A stretch of 64,000 bases of DNA, taken from positions 9,838 through 73,837 of the forward strand of contig JAUWYR010000004.1 in NCBI GenBank assembly GCA_030615745.1, written 5' to 3'. This stretch comes from Candidatus Zixiibacteriota bacterium (GTDB lineage: Bacteria; Zixibacteria; MSB-5A5; SM23-73-2). The translations under genes and the position numbers were made by a program. The notes beneath the pieces were generated by a model that saw only the letters and a program-made list of their open reading frames with translations, did no database searches and had not been told where the DNA came from. The stretch's first letter is position 1. Each line of letters starts with the position of its first letter. This document shows positions 1-9,734 of the stretch, piece by piece.

Positions 1-3
1 AAG

Positions 4-231
4 ATGAAGGATAATCCATTTGCTTTAAAGCATGGGAAACAGGGATTGATTCTTTTTTTAATCGAGATCATTGCAGTTGTATTTCTATTGCCCAAAATCA
101 GCGATCTTTTCTGGACTGCTGTTCTAATTTTGTGTCTGGTTTTTGTCCTTTTGGGTATTCTTTATGTTCTTCAAGGGAAAACCTGGAAGATCCCCTATAT
201 TGGAGATTTAGCGGAGAAGCTAAAGATCTGA
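4..231 (+). CDS. small hydrophobic membrane protein, unknown function
   Basis: 75-aa ORF with two hydrophobic helices; no recognisable motif; may belong to a longer upstream gene context. Confidence 0.25.
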   Translation: MKDNPFALKHGKQGLILFLIEIIAVVFLLPKISDLFWTAVLILCLVFVLLGILYVLQGKTWKIPYIGDLAEKLKI

Positions 232-396
232 TTTTGTGTCTTTGGTTTAATAAAGATTTGAATCTATTGCTTCATCAACAATGTTTTCGTAAGTTTTTTA
301 ATTTGAGTCTGTAACTAAAGAGGTATTGTTGGTCGCTCTTGGACGGATGTTCTCATCCGTCCTCCCGTTCGGCTGGATGATTCGCATGAATGCCTC

Positions 397-418
397 AAGG
401 TCAAGAGACATACGCATA
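397..418 (+). repeat. copy of short dispersed repeat (AAGGTCAAGAGACATACGCA; CAAGAGA-core family)
   Basis: same string recurs at 39323-39345, 46009-46041 (rc) and related cores at 39384, 46199, 46446. Confidence 0.5.
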
Positions 419-494
419 ACATCCAGCCGGAGCACAAAAAAGTAACATTTTGTTAGTTGCTGGACACTATTTTTTAAAAAGTTTTAAGACTTTA

Positions 495-520
495 AAGCAG
501 GCAAAAGTCTGCTTTTTTGT
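495..520 (+). terminator. weak stem-loop plus T-run (GCAGGCAAAAGTCTGCTTTTTTGTG)
   Basis: short hairpin followed by TTTTTTGT downstream of ORF 4..231. Confidence 0.3.
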
Positions 521-570
521 GTTTGACAATTATACTCATAATCAATATTTTTATTAAAGAAAAGGTTAAA

Positions 571-2304
571 ATGAAATATTTGAATACAAAAGAATTGAAA
601 AAGCTAACTTTGACTCAGATACTCGAACTCAGCGCCAAGACCTACGCTGATCAAATATGCATGTACTATCACAAAGTGGATAAATTTGTTGGACTCAGCT
701 ATAGAGAGATAGATTTGAAATCAAAAGCTTTTGCCCGTGGTTTAATCGAGTTAGGAGTTGAAAAAGGGGATAGAATAGCAGTCTTATCAGAGAATAGACC
801 GGAGTGGGGAATATCATATTTTGGGATACTTTTAGCTGGAGGGATTGTTCTTCCTTTGGATCCTTGTTTGAAGATCTCAGAGCTCAAGCATATAATCCGG
901 GAAGCAAAAGCCAAGCTAGTGGTGACATCTGTAAAATTTATCTCAGACCTTGAGGAGATTTCAAATTCTTTAACTTTTCTTCAAAAAATAATCTGTATGG
1001 ATGATATGCCCCAAAAAAGCTCTGTTCCTTTTTCCCAGTTACTTAAAGTTAGAGGGGAATCTACAAAGGATGTGTTCTACCCGAAATTAGATGATATTGC
1101 TTCCGTGATCTATACCTCGGGCACTACCGGAAGCTCAAAAGGTGTGGTTTTGACTCATAAGAACATTATCTCCTGTATATGGGGTTTACAAAAGAGGATC
1201 GATTTTGATTCATCCGATAATTTTCTTTCGATTCTGCCTCTCCATCACGCTTTCGAGTGCACCTGCGGATTTTTGACCCCTATTTCAAAAGGTGCCAAGA
1301 TCACTTTCGCTCGCAGCCTGAAATCCAAAGAGATTTTAGAGGATATAAAAAATTCAGAGGCAACTATTATGTTAGGGGTCCCTTTGCTTTTTGAGAAGAT
1401 GCTTTCAGGTATTTTCAGAGCGGTAAAAAGGCGTCCTTTTTTTGTTCGGGCTCTTTTCAAAGCCAACTTAGGAGTGGTTAAATTTTTGAAGAAAGCTTTT
1501 AAGATAAATTTTGGGAAGGCTCTATTTAAAGGGTTACGCAAAAAGGCAGGACTGTCCAGCTTACGTCTATTTTTCTGTGGAGGAGCGCCTTTAGATCCAA
1601 AAGTTGCCCAGGGTTTTGATCTTTTGGGGATAAAGTTTTTGCAAGGATATGGTTTGACTGAGACCTCTCCGGTCTTAACAGTTAATCCCCAAAAAAATCC
1701 CAAACACGAATCTGTGGGGCTCCCTATCCCTGGAGTTGAGCTGAAGATTTTAAATCCGGATAAAAAAGGTATCGGCGAAATTGCTGCCAGGGGGGATTTG
1801 GTGATGGAAGGATATTATAACAACGAGAAGGCGACATCAGAAGTTTTTAAAGATGGCTGGTTTTTAACCGGGGATTCCGGGTGGGTGGACCGGAATGGAT
1901 ACTATTATGTTGTGGGTAGGTTAAAAAATGTGATCGTTACTCGGGCTGGCAAAAATGTCTATCCTGAGGAGTTAGAAAATGAATTAAACAAATCTCCTTT
2001 TATCTTAGAATCTTTAGTTTTAGGAAGACCTACTCCTGGGGGAAAAGGGGAGGAGCCCTATGCCATAATCGTTCCGGACTATGACTATTTTGACCAGGTA
2101 GCGGAAAAGGATGGGGTGGTCTTTGATGAGGAGAAGATAGAGATGACCATAAAATCTGAGATTGTGGAATGCTGTTCCAACATCGCAGATTACAAAAGGA
2201 TCAAAGGATTTAAAATAAGAGAGGAGGAGTTCGAGAAGACGACTACCAAGAAGATAAAAAGGTATCTTTATGAGCATAAGGTGGTGAGAGTGTCAGCGGA
2301 TTGA
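571..2304 (+). CDS. AMP-dependent synthetase/ligase (long-chain fatty acid-CoA ligase-like)
   Basis: AMP-binding signature YTSGTTGSSKGV, adenylate-forming core (GYGLTE, TGD, ...GRLK); start moved to ATG 571 with AAGG RBS. Confidence 0.8.
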   Translation: MKYLNTKELKKLTLTQILELSAKTYADQICMYYHKVDKFVGLSYREIDLKSKAFARGLIELGVEKGDRIAVLSENRPEWGISYFGILLAGGIVLPLDPCLKISELKHIIREAKAKLVVTSVKFISDLEEISNSLTFLQKIICMDDMPQKSSVPFSQLLKVRGESTKDVFYPKLDDIASVIYTSGTTGSSKGVVLTHKNIISCIWGLQKRIDFDSSDNFLSILPLHHAFECTCGFLTPISKGAKITFARSLKSKEILEDIKNSEATIMLGVPLLFEKMLSGIFRAVKRRPFFVRALFKANLGVVKFLKKAFKINFGKALFKGLRKKAGLSSLRLFFCGGAPLDPKVAQGFDLLGIKFLQGYGLTETSPVLTVNPQKNPKHESVGLPIPGVELKILNPDKKGIGEIAARGDLVMEGYYNNEKATSEVFKDGWFLTGDSGWVDRNGYYYVVGRLKNVIVTRAGKNVYPEELENELNKSPFILESLVLGRPTPGGKGEEPYAIIVPDYDYFDQVAEKDGVVFDEEKIEMTIKSEIVECCSNIADYKRIKGFKIREEEFEKTTTKKIKRYLYEHKVVRVSAD

Positions 2305-2385
2305 ACGGATTTAGCGGAGAAATTCGCAGCAGATGGAACAGATGAATTCACAGCAGATTAAGCAGATTGAACGGATAATTATTTT
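2304..2385 (+). repeat. left copy of ~100-nt direct repeat flanking the 2475-4409 gene (ACGGATTTAGCGGA...CAGATGGAACAGATGAATTCACAGCAGAT)
   Basis: strings GAACGGATTTAGCGGA and CAGATGGAACAGATGAATTCACAGCAGAT also at 4420-4520. Confidence 0.6.
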
Positions 2386-2441
2386 GTAGGGGCGGGGCTT
2401 GTTGAGCTTGGCGAAATCCCGATTTATCGGGGTCCCCGCCC
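2386..2441 (+). repeat. REP-like GC-rich hairpin element (GTAGGGGCGGGG...CCCCGCCC)
   Basis: near-identical copy at 25643-25697, rc-variant at 18298-18396, short forms at 4540-4562 and 25748-25773; GGGGCGGGG/CCCCGCCCC can pair. Confidence 0.65.
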
Positions 2442-2474
2442 TGAGGCAGAGAAATGTTTAACAAAGGGGAAAGG

Positions 2475-4409
2475 ATGAAAAAGATATTTGTTTTTGTGAT
2501 TTTGGCTTTGGTTCTTGTTGGTTTTGTTGGGGGGCAGGAAAGAGATACCCTCAAAGTTTCGCAACAAGTGGAGAGTTTGAAAGCTGAGATTGAGGAACTT
2601 AAAAAGGATGTGTATGAGAAAAGCATTGAGGGAATCAACAGAAGTATAAGCAATGTGAATACGGTTGCCACAGTCATAGGAGCAGTTGTTGTGTTACTTG
2701 GTATCATAGGCGGCATTACCCTGTGGAGGGCTGCTAAAGCTGAACGAGAACTTAGAACAGACGTGAAGGATACGAGGCGGGAACTCAGGGAGGACACAAA
2801 GGATATGAAACAGGAACTTAGAGAAGATATAAAGGAAATGAGGGGAAGAGTAGAAAGTGAATGCCAAAGAGTGGAGAATATGGCAGACAAAATTGCAACA
2901 GTAAAAGATGAGGTAGAAGAAGCTAAAAAGAACATGACAAAAATCCTTATAAAGGAAACCGAGAAAGCAGGTAAATCAAGAGAGGAGATAGAGGCTATAA
3001 AATCTTCGGCTGACAAAACGGTTAAAGAGATGGAAAGTAAGTATAAAGAAATGGTGGAACTTGTAGAAGAAGCGAAATCGATCTTACAGGACACCACAGA
3101 GCAAAAGAAAGCGGCTGAGGAAGCGGCAAGAAAAGCTGAAGCAGAAAGACTTTTTGCGGAAGCGTATTCGTTAGTTGAAAGAGGAAGGTTGGAGGAAGGC
3201 ATAGAAACGTATGAGAAAGTAATAAAGTTAACTCCTAAGGATGCAGATGCCTATAACAACTGGGGTGTTGCTCTTTCAGATTTAGCGGATTTGAAAGAAG
3301 ATGAGGCTTTATATCGAGAGTCTTTTGAGAAGTATGCTTTAGCAGTAAAATATAAAAAGGATTATCATGAAGCCTATTACAACTGGGGTCTAACTCTTAC
3401 TGACTTAGCAGATTTAGAGGAAGGTGAGGGTTTATACAGAGAATCTTTTAAGAAATATGCTTTAGCTGTGAAATACAAAAAGGATGATCATGAAACCTAT
3501 TACAACTGGGGTGTTGCTCTTTCAAATTTAGCGGATTTGAAAAAGGATGAGACTTTATATCGAGAATCTTTTGAGAAGTATGCTTTAGCAGTAAAATACA
3601 AAGAGGACGATCATTTAGTCTATAACAACTGGGGTTTAACCCTTTCTAAGTTAGCCGATTTTAAAAAGGATGAAAGACTTTATGGTGAATCTTTTGAGAA
3701 GTTTGTTTTAGCAGTAAAATACAAAGAGGATTTTGATGGAGCCTATTACAACTGGGGTAATGCCCTATCTGCCTTAGCAAAGTTGAAGAAGGATGAAACT
3801 CTTTATCGTAAATCTTTTGAGAAGTTTGCTTTGGCAGTAAAATACAAAGAGGATTTTCATGAAGCCTACAACAACTGGGGTTTAGCTCTTTCTGACTTAG
3901 CAGATTTAGAGCAAGATGAGGGTTTATACCAAGAATCTTTTAAGAAGTATGCTTTGGCTGTAAAATATAAAAAGGGTGATTATGAAACCTATTACAACTG
4001 GGGTGATGCTCTTTCAGATTTAGCGGATTTGAAAAAGGATGAGGCTTTATATCGAGAATCTTTTGAGAAGTATGCTTTAGCAGTAAAATACAAAAAGGAT
4101 TATCATGAAGCCTATTTCGACTGGGGTACTGTGCTATTAGAGTTTGGAAAACTAACAAAAGAAAAGCAGTTCTTTATACAGGCTTTAGAAAAAATTGAAA
4201 AAACTATTGAGATTAAAAAAGAAGATGTAGATGCTTGGTATAATAAAACCTGTGCTTACTCATTATTAAATGAAAAAGATAAAGCATTAGAATGTCTCAA
4301 AAAAGCAATTGAATTGGACCCATCGTTGAAAGAATATGCCAGAAAAGATAAAGATGAGGATTTCAAGTGGTTGTGGAAGGACGAGGATTTTAAGAAGTTG
4401 GTGGAGTAG
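2475..4409 (+). CDS. membrane-anchored repeat protein: N-terminal TM/signal, coiled-coil (RELREDTKDMKQELREDIKEMR), 8 x 40-aa TPR/Sel1-like repeats (YNNWGxALSDLADLKxDExLYRESFEKYALAVKYKxDxHEAY)
   Basis: repeat periodicity visible in protein and as ~120-nt near-identical DNA repeats 3240-4140; no specific family recognised. Confidence 0.6.
   Translation: MKKIFVFVILALVLVGFVGGQERDTLKVSQQVESLKAEIEELKKDVYEKSIEGINRSISNVNTVATVIGAVVVLLGIIGGITLWRAAKAERELRTDVKDTRRELREDTKDMKQELREDIKEMRGRVESECQRVENMADKIATVKDEVEEAKKNMTKILIKETEKAGKSREEIEAIKSSADKTVKEMESKYKEMVELVEEAKSILQDTTEQKKAAEEAARKAEAERLFAEAYSLVERGRLEEGIETYEKVIKLTPKDADAYNNWGVALSDLADLKEDEALYRESFEKYALAVKYKKDYHEAYYNWGLTLTDLADLEEGEGLYRESFKKYALAVKYKKDDHETYYNWGVALSNLADLKKDETLYRESFEKYALAVKYKEDDHLVYNNWGLTLSKLADFKKDERLYGESFEKFVLAVKYKEDFDGAYYNWGNALSALAKLKKDETLYRKSFEKFALAVKYKEDFHEAYNNWGLALSDLADLEQDEGLYQESFKKYALAVKYKKGDYETYYNWGDALSDLADLKKDEALYRESFEKYALAVKYKKDYHEAYFDWGTVLLEFGKLTKEKQFFIQALEKIEKTIEIKKEDVDAWYNKTCAYSLLNEKDKALECLKKAIELDPSLKEYARKDKDEDFKWLWKDEDFKKLVE
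3240..4140 (+). repeat. intragenic tandem repeats, ~120 nt period x ~8
   Basis: e.g. GATGAGGCTTTATATCGAGA(A/G)TCTTTTGAGAAGTATGCTTTAGCAGTAAAATA recurs at ~3300, ~3545, ~4025. Confidence 0.6.
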
Positions 4410-4539
4410 GTCAGCGGATTTATCAACGGATAGAACGGATTTAGCGGATGGATTCCCAACAGATGGAATAGATGGATTCACAGCAGATGGAACAGATGAA
4501 TTCACAGCAGATGAAACGGATTAAGCGGATGATTATATT
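4410..4539 (+). repeat. right copy of direct repeat flanking the repeat-protein gene, with internal CAGATGGAA(T/C)AGATG(G/A)ATTCACAG sub-repeats
   Basis: shares ACGGATTTAGCGGATGG and CAGATGGAACAGATGAATTCACAGCAGATGAAACGGAT with 2304-2385. Confidence 0.6.
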
Positions 4540-4562
4540 GTAGGGGCGGGGGGGTCCCCGCC
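4540..4562 (+). repeat. short REP-like hairpin GTAGGGGCGGGGGGGTCCCCGCC
   Basis: same ends as 2386-2441 element without the internal loop. Confidence 0.55.
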
Positions 4563-4608
4563 TATGGGTGGAGACAAGCTCCACTCCTACAAGAGAGGAA
4601 GGAAAAGT

Positions 4609-5811
4609 ATGCAGCCGAAAATTTACACGGTTACTGAAATCACCAGAGAGGTTAAAGATTTATTAGAGGAAAATATACCTCCTGTCTGGGTTGAGGGAGA
4701 AATCTCCAATTATACCTTGCACTCATCCGGACACCGTTATTTCTCCTTGAAAGATGAGAACTCACAGATAAGGTGCGTTTTCTGGAGATGGCAGGCTTTC
4801 TCCCTTTCTTTTGAGCCTGAGGATGGGATGAAAGTCATTGCCCTGGGAAATATAACAGTCTATGAGAAAGCAGGTCAATATCAGCTTTATGTGGAAAAGC
4901 TTCATCCCTTAGGAATCGGTAAATTAGAGCTCGAATTTCAAAGATTAAAAGAAAGACTTTATAAAGAGGGTCTTTTCGATGAACAACACAAAGTCCCCAT
5001 TCCAGAATTTCCACAAGTTATAGGAGTGGTGACCTCACCAACTGGCGCAGCCATCAGAGACATCGTGAAAATTATCCAAAGAAGGGCACCGGATGTTAAT
5101 ATAATATTAAATCCGGTCAGAGTTCAGGGCAAAGGGGCGAAAGAGGAGATCGCCCAGGCAATAAGAGATTTTAACCAATACAAAAAAGTCGACCTTTTAA
5201 TAGTTGGAAGGGGCGGAGGGTCTTTGGAAGACCTGTGGGCTTTTAATGAGGAGGTTGTTGTTAGAGCAATTTATGATTCGAAGATACCGATTATATCCGC
5301 AGTTGGTCATGAGATAGATTTCACCATATCAGATTTCGTAGCAGACTTAAGAGCACCAACACCTTCTGCTGGAGCTGAACTTGCAGTGAGGGACAGAACA
5401 GAGTTAATAAAAGAGATGAATTCACTTTTGAATAAATTAGTCAGTTTACAAAAATCGACCATTGATCTTTTTAAAAGAGAAGTTGAATCTTTAGTAAAAT
5501 CTTATGGATTTAAGCGTCCTTTGGATATGTTGACACAACTCTCCCAGAGAACAGATGAGCTTTACAAAGCTTTATCAAAAGGGGTAAAAAATTTCTTTGA
5601 ATTTAAGAAAAAATCCTTATCTTTGGTTTTGGGTAAGCTGAACGTCTTGTCACCCCTTTCTGTTTTTGAGAGGGGATTCAGCTTAACCCGCAAGTTGCCC
5701 GAGCTTATGATAATTAAGGATGCGGGTTTGCTTAAAAAAGATGATAGGGTAGAGGTCAAATTCCTTAAGGGGAAAATTGAGTCAAAGGTGGAGAAGATTG
5801 AAAAGGAATAA
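4609..5811 (+). CDS. xseA: exodeoxyribonuclease VII large subunit
   Basis: N-terminal OB-fold, GVVTSPTGAAIRDI and RGGGSLEDLWAFNEE motifs; followed by xseB. Confidence 0.9.
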   Translation: MQPKIYTVTEITREVKDLLEENIPPVWVEGEISNYTLHSSGHRYFSLKDENSQIRCVFWRWQAFSLSFEPEDGMKVIALGNITVYEKAGQYQLYVEKLHPLGIGKLELEFQRLKERLYKEGLFDEQHKVPIPEFPQVIGVVTSPTGAAIRDIVKIIQRRAPDVNIILNPVRVQGKGAKEEIAQAIRDFNQYKKVDLLIVGRGGGSLEDLWAFNEEVVVRAIYDSKIPIISAVGHEIDFTISDFVADLRAPTPSAGAELAVRDRTELIKEMNSLLNKLVSLQKSTIDLFKREVESLVKSYGFKRPLDMLTQLSQRTDELYKALSKGVKNFFEFKKKSLSLVLGKLNVLSPLSVFERGFSLTRKLPELMIIKDAGLLKKDDRVEVKFLKGKIESKVEKIEKE

Positions 5812-5814
5812 AAG

Positions 5815-6048
5815 ATGGGAAAAGAAAAAAGCTTTGAAGAGGCTTTAAAAAGATTAGAGGAGATTGTTCAAAAATTAGAGGGAGGAGACCTATCCCTGGA
5901 TGAGTCCCTTTCACTTTTTGAAGAGGGGATAAATCTTTCACGATTTTGCACAAAAAAACTTGCTCAGGCAGAGAAAAAGGTGGAGAAGCTTTTAAAATTG
6001 GGAGAGGAGTTCAAATTAGAACCTCTGGATCTTGAAGAAGAGGAGTGA
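5815..6048 (+). CDS. xseB: exodeoxyribonuclease VII small subunit
   Basis: 77 aa, [33 protein letters not shown] typical XseB. Confidence 0.85.
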   Translation: MGKEKSFEEALKRLEEIVQKLEGGDLSLDESLSLFEEGINLSRFCTKKLAQAEKKVEKLLKLGEEFKLEPLDLEEEE

Positions 6049-6049
6049 A

Positions 6050-6910
6050 ATGGATTTCAAAAAATATCTTGAGGAAAAAAGAAAATTAGTTAACGAAACA
6101 CTCGACACTTTTCTGCCCGAAGAAAAAGAGAAGCCAAAGATTATTCATAAGGCCATGAGATATTCAGTCTTTGCAGGTGGTAAAAGATTAAGACCGATCT
6201 TAGCAATAGCGGTATTTGAGCTTTTAGGGGGTAAAGGGAAAAAAATTTTACCTTCTGCTTGTGCCTTAGAGCTTATCCACACCTATTCTTTGATCCACGA
6301 TGACTTACCTTGTATGGATGACGATGACTTAAGAAGGGGTAAGCCCACTTTGCACAAGGTATTTGGAGAGGGGATAGCTGTTTTAGCAGGTGATGCTCTG
6401 CACGCCTTAGCTTTTGAGCTTTTGATCTCTACCAAAAGACCAGATGTCGCCTTAGAAGTTGCAAAGGCTATCGGGACCAAAGGTATGATCGGAGGACAGG
6501 TTGCTGATCTTGAAGCTGAGGGAAAATCCAGAATAACGCTTCCTGAGGTCAAATATATCCACCAACACAAAACAGGAGCTTTGATAAAAGGATCGGTTAT
6601 GGCAGGTGCGCTCTTAGCAGATGCCTCTCCCAAAAAGCTTTCCAAATTATCTGAATTTGGTCAAAATATAGGCTTGGCTTTCCAGATAATAGATGATATA
6701 TTAGATGTGATCGGTAAAGAGAGATTAGTCGGAAAGAAAATCAAAAAAGATAAGCTCAAGGCTACTTATCCTAAACTTATAGGAGTGGAAAAATCAAAAA
6801 AAATGGCAGAAAAGCTCATCCAACAGGCTAAAGACCAGCTCGGTATATTTAAAAGGAATGGAGCTATCTTAAAGAATTTAGCTGACTTTGTGGTGAATCG
6901 GAGCTTTTGA
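6050..6910 (+). CDS. ispA: polyprenyl synthetase (farnesyl/geranylgeranyl diphosphate synthase)
   Basis: FARM DDxxD (LIHDDLPCMDDDDLRRGKPT) and SARM (FQIIDDILD); classic xseB-ispA-dxs order. Confidence 0.85.
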   Translation: MDFKKYLEEKRKLVNETLDTFLPEEKEKPKIIHKAMRYSVFAGGKRLRPILAIAVFELLGGKGKKILPSACALELIHTYSLIHDDLPCMDDDDLRRGKPTLHKVFGEGIAVLAGDALHALAFELLISTKRPDVALEVAKAIGTKGMIGGQVADLEAEGKSRITLPEVKYIHQHKTGALIKGSVMAGALLADASPKKLSKLSEFGQNIGLAFQIIDDILDVIGKERLVGKKIKKDKLKATYPKLIGVEKSKKMAEKLIQQAKDQLGIFKRNGAILKNLADFVVNRSF

Positions 6911-8853
6911 AGATGGAAAACCTTTTAGATAAAATCAACTCACCTGCGGACTTAAAAAAGATCCCTTTAGAAAAACTTCCCCAATTAGCTGAAAAGATAA
7001 GGGGAAAAATCATATCAGTTGTTTCAAAAAACGGAGGACACCTGTCCTCGAATTTAGGTGCGGTTGAACTGACGCTTGCCCTGCATTATGTGTTTGACTC
7101 GCCCAAGGATAAAATCGTCTGGGATGTGGGGCACCAGTGTTACACTCATAAGCTTTTAACTGGAAGAAAAGAGAAATTTGAAACCATAAGAAAATACCTT
7201 GGACTTTCAGGATTTCCAAAAAAGGATGAATCAGAGCACGATGTTTTCGATGTTGGACATGCCTCTACATCCATCTCCTCCGCTCTTGGATTAGTCTGCG
7301 CAAGAGATTTAAAAGGGGAGGACTTTTCTGTAATTGCTGTTATCGGGGATGGAGCATTAAGTGGTGGATTGTCCTTTGAGGGACTTAACAATGCTGGAGC
7401 GCAGAAAAAAGACTTAATCGTGATCTTAAATGATAACTCCATGTTCATATCAAAGAACGTGGGGGCTATGGCTAAATATCTGACTGACCTTTTGACTGAT
7501 GAGAAGTATAACAAGCTCAAAGCAGAAGTTTGGGAGCTTGTGGGTAAGTTTAAACGAAGAGATAAGATCAGAGCTATGGTTCAGCAAGTTGAGGAGTCAG
7601 TGAAGGGTTTTTTAGTTCCCGGGATTATATTTGAGAAATTAGGTTTCAGATATTTCGGACCTATAGATGGGCATCACCTTCCTCAATTGATCAAGACATT
7701 ATCCCATCTCAAGACTTTAAAAGGACCGATATTTCTTCATGTTCTGACTAAAAAAGGGAAGGGATATAAATATGCTGAGGAGGATGCCCCCCGTTTTCAT
7801 GGTATAGGCTCTTTTGACAAGGTAACTGGAAATTCCAACTCTGAGAAAGGAAGAAAGGCTTTCACCGATGTGTTCTCAGAAGCGATGGTGGAGATAGGAG
7901 AAAAAGATGAGAAAGTTGTTGCGATAACTGCTGCTATGTCTTTAGGCACCGGACTTTACTCTTTTGCCCAGAAGTTCCCACAAAGATTTTTCGATGTTGG
8001 AATAGCAGAACAGCATGGCGCCGCATTCTCTGCTGGCTTAGCTCGTCAAGGCTTAAAGCCTGTTTTTGCGGTCTATTCAACATTTTTGCAAAGGGCTTTT
8101 GATCAGGTTATTCATGATATCGCCTTGCAAAATCTTCCGGTGACTTTAGCAATAGATAGAGCAGGAATAGTTGGTGAGGATGGACCCACTCATCACGGCT
8201 TTCTTGATTTATCATATCTTCGTGGAATTCCCAATTTTGTGATTGCCTCCCCCAAAGATGGAAAGGAGCTAAAGGATTTACTTTACACCGCAGTCAACTG
8301 GAAAAAATCTCCTTTTGCATTGAGGTATCCGAGATGTCCTGTTCCTGATCAACCTGAAAAAGTCGGTATCGATCAAGAGAAAAGTTTTGGAAAGATAGAG
8401 GTGGGGAGCTGGGAGGTTTTGAGAGAGGGGAATGATATTTTGATCTTAGCCACAGGCTCTGTGGTTATTCCTTCGGTTGAGGCTTCTTTTAAACTCACAA
8501 AAGATTATATTGATGCCACTGTGGTAAATTGCAGGTTTATAAAACCTCTGGATGAGACCCTTCTTTTTTCACTTTTAAAAAAGCATGAATTTGTTTTAAC
8601 AGTTGAGGAGAATTCGCTTCTGGGTGGATTTGGCTCTGCGATTTTGGAGTTTATCCAAAAAAACAGCTTAAATAATATCCATTTGAAAATGCTGGGAATT
8701 CCGGATAAATTCATCCAGCATGGTAAAAGGGGTCTCCTTTTAAAAGATCTGGGGCTTGACCCTGATGGGATTTTTAAAGCTGTAAAAGAATTGTTAAAGA
8801 CAAAAAGGGGGAAATTAAAGTTTCAGATCTCAAAACAAAACAAATTAAAATGA
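6907..8853 (+). CDS. dxs: 1-deoxy-D-xylulose-5-phosphate synthase
   Basis: TPP-binding GHxSSxLG...GDGxxxGG, transketolase-like domains; contains in-frame 16-mer repeat at 8365-8380. Confidence 0.9.
   Translation: MKMENLLDKINSPADLKKIPLEKLPQLAEKIRGKIISVVSKNGGHLSSNLGAVELTLALHYVFDSPKDKIVWDVGHQCYTHKLLTGRKEKFETIRKYLGLSGFPKKDESEHDVFDVGHASTSISSALGLVCARDLKGEDFSVIAVIGDGALSGGLSFEGLNNAGAQKKDLIVILNDNSMFISKNVGAMAKYLTDLLTDEKYNKLKAEVWELVGKFKRRDKIRAMVQQVEESVKGFLVPGIIFEKLGFRYFGPIDGHHLPQLIKTLSHLKTLKGPIFLHVLTKKGKGYKYAEEDAPRFHGIGSFDKVTGNSNSEKGRKAFTDVFSEAMVEIGEKDEKVVAITAAMSLGTGLYSFAQKFPQRFFDVGIAEQHGAAFSAGLARQGLKPVFAVYSTFLQRAFDQVIHDIALQNLPVTLAIDRAGIVGEDGPTHHGFLDLSYLRGIPNFVIASPKDGKELKDLLYTAVNWKKSPFALRYPRCPVPDQPEKVGIDQEKSFGKIEVGSWEVLREGNDILILATGSVVIPSVEASFKLTKDYIDATVVNCRFIKPLDETLLFSLLKKHEFVLTVEENSLLGGFGSAILEFIQKNSLNNIHLKMLGIPDKFIQHGKRGLLLKDLGLDPDGIFKAVKELLKTKRGKLKFQISKQNKLK
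8365..8380 (+). repeat. GGTATCGATCAAGAGA 16-mer (dispersed repeat, in-frame in dxs)
   Basis: identical 16-mer at 8979-8994 (in nadK) and 10564-10579 (intergenic). Confidence 0.55.
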
Positions 8854-9734
8854 AAAGCATAGGTATAATCGCTAATCCTAAAAAGCCGAAGGTAAAAAAG
8901 ATAATAGAACAGATGATTTTGTGGGCTGAAAAAAATAAAATCGACTGCTATCTTTCCGATGAGCTAAAAGATTTGGTCGGTATCGATCAAGAGATTGGAA
9001 AAAAAGAAAAACTCTTACCTTTATCTTCACTCCCTGATAAATCAGAGGTTTTAATATCTTTGGGCGGGGATGGAACTATGCTCAAAACTGCGAGAACAGC
9101 GGGAGAAAAGTGTAATCCAATACTTGGAATAAATCTTGGAAGCTTAGGATTTATCACCGAGACAACGACAAACGATCTTGAGAAGACCTTAAATCGTTTG
9201 TTAAAAAAGGAATTCCAACTCGAAAAAAGAATGGTTTTGAAGGCGAAAATCGATTTGATGGACCAGCCATATGTTTTCGCTTTAAATGATGTAGTTTTGG
9301 ACAAAGGAGGTGTTGCCAGATTAATTCAGATGCACCTTTACGACAAGGATGAGTTCGTCTGTTCATATTCTGCTGATGGATTAATAATCTCCACGCCCAC
9401 CGGTTCAACCGCATATTCTTTAGCTTCAGGTGGACCGATAATAAATCCCAAAATAAACGCAATTATTGTTGCACCGATCTGCCCCCATACCCTTGCCTCC
9501 AGGCCAATCATCTTTTCAGAAAAAGGTAATTTGAAAATTGTTGTTGAATGCGACCAGAGAGATGCTCTGCTCACCATAGATGGGCAGATCGCCAAAACAT
9601 TAAAGTCTGGAACCTCGGTTTTAGTAAGCAAAGCAGAGCACACTGTTAATCTTATAAAATTTCCAGAATCTTCCTTTTACTCTGTTTTAAGAAAGAAGCT
9701 CCACTGGGGTGCAAGACCGAGGACAGAGGAGTAA
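8850..9734 (+). CDS. nadK: NAD+ kinase
   Basis: [34 protein letters not shown] motifs. Confidence 0.9.
   Translation: [294 protein letters not shown]
8979..8994 (+). repeat. GGTATCGATCAAGAGA 16-mer (in-frame in nadK)
   Basis: exact copy of 8365-8380. Confidence 0.55.

Noticed and set aside
699-3202. Minus-strand ORFs (699-914, 1245-1703, 2020-2277, 2348-3202) antisense to the AMP-ligase and repeat-protein genes
   Set aside because: Low-complexity, Ser/Leu-rich translations lying entirely inside well-supported + strand genes; typical antisense artefacts in AT-rich, Lys-codon-rich coding DNA. The same reasoning applies to the many 60-160 aa antisense ORFs throughout the track.
4336-4524. ORF encoding DGFPTDGIDGFTADGTDEFTADETD low-complexity peptide
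   Set aside because: It is the translation of the periodic CAGATGGAAxAGATGxATTCACAG flank repeat (also present non-coding at 2320-2360). No RBS; interpreted as repeat DNA.
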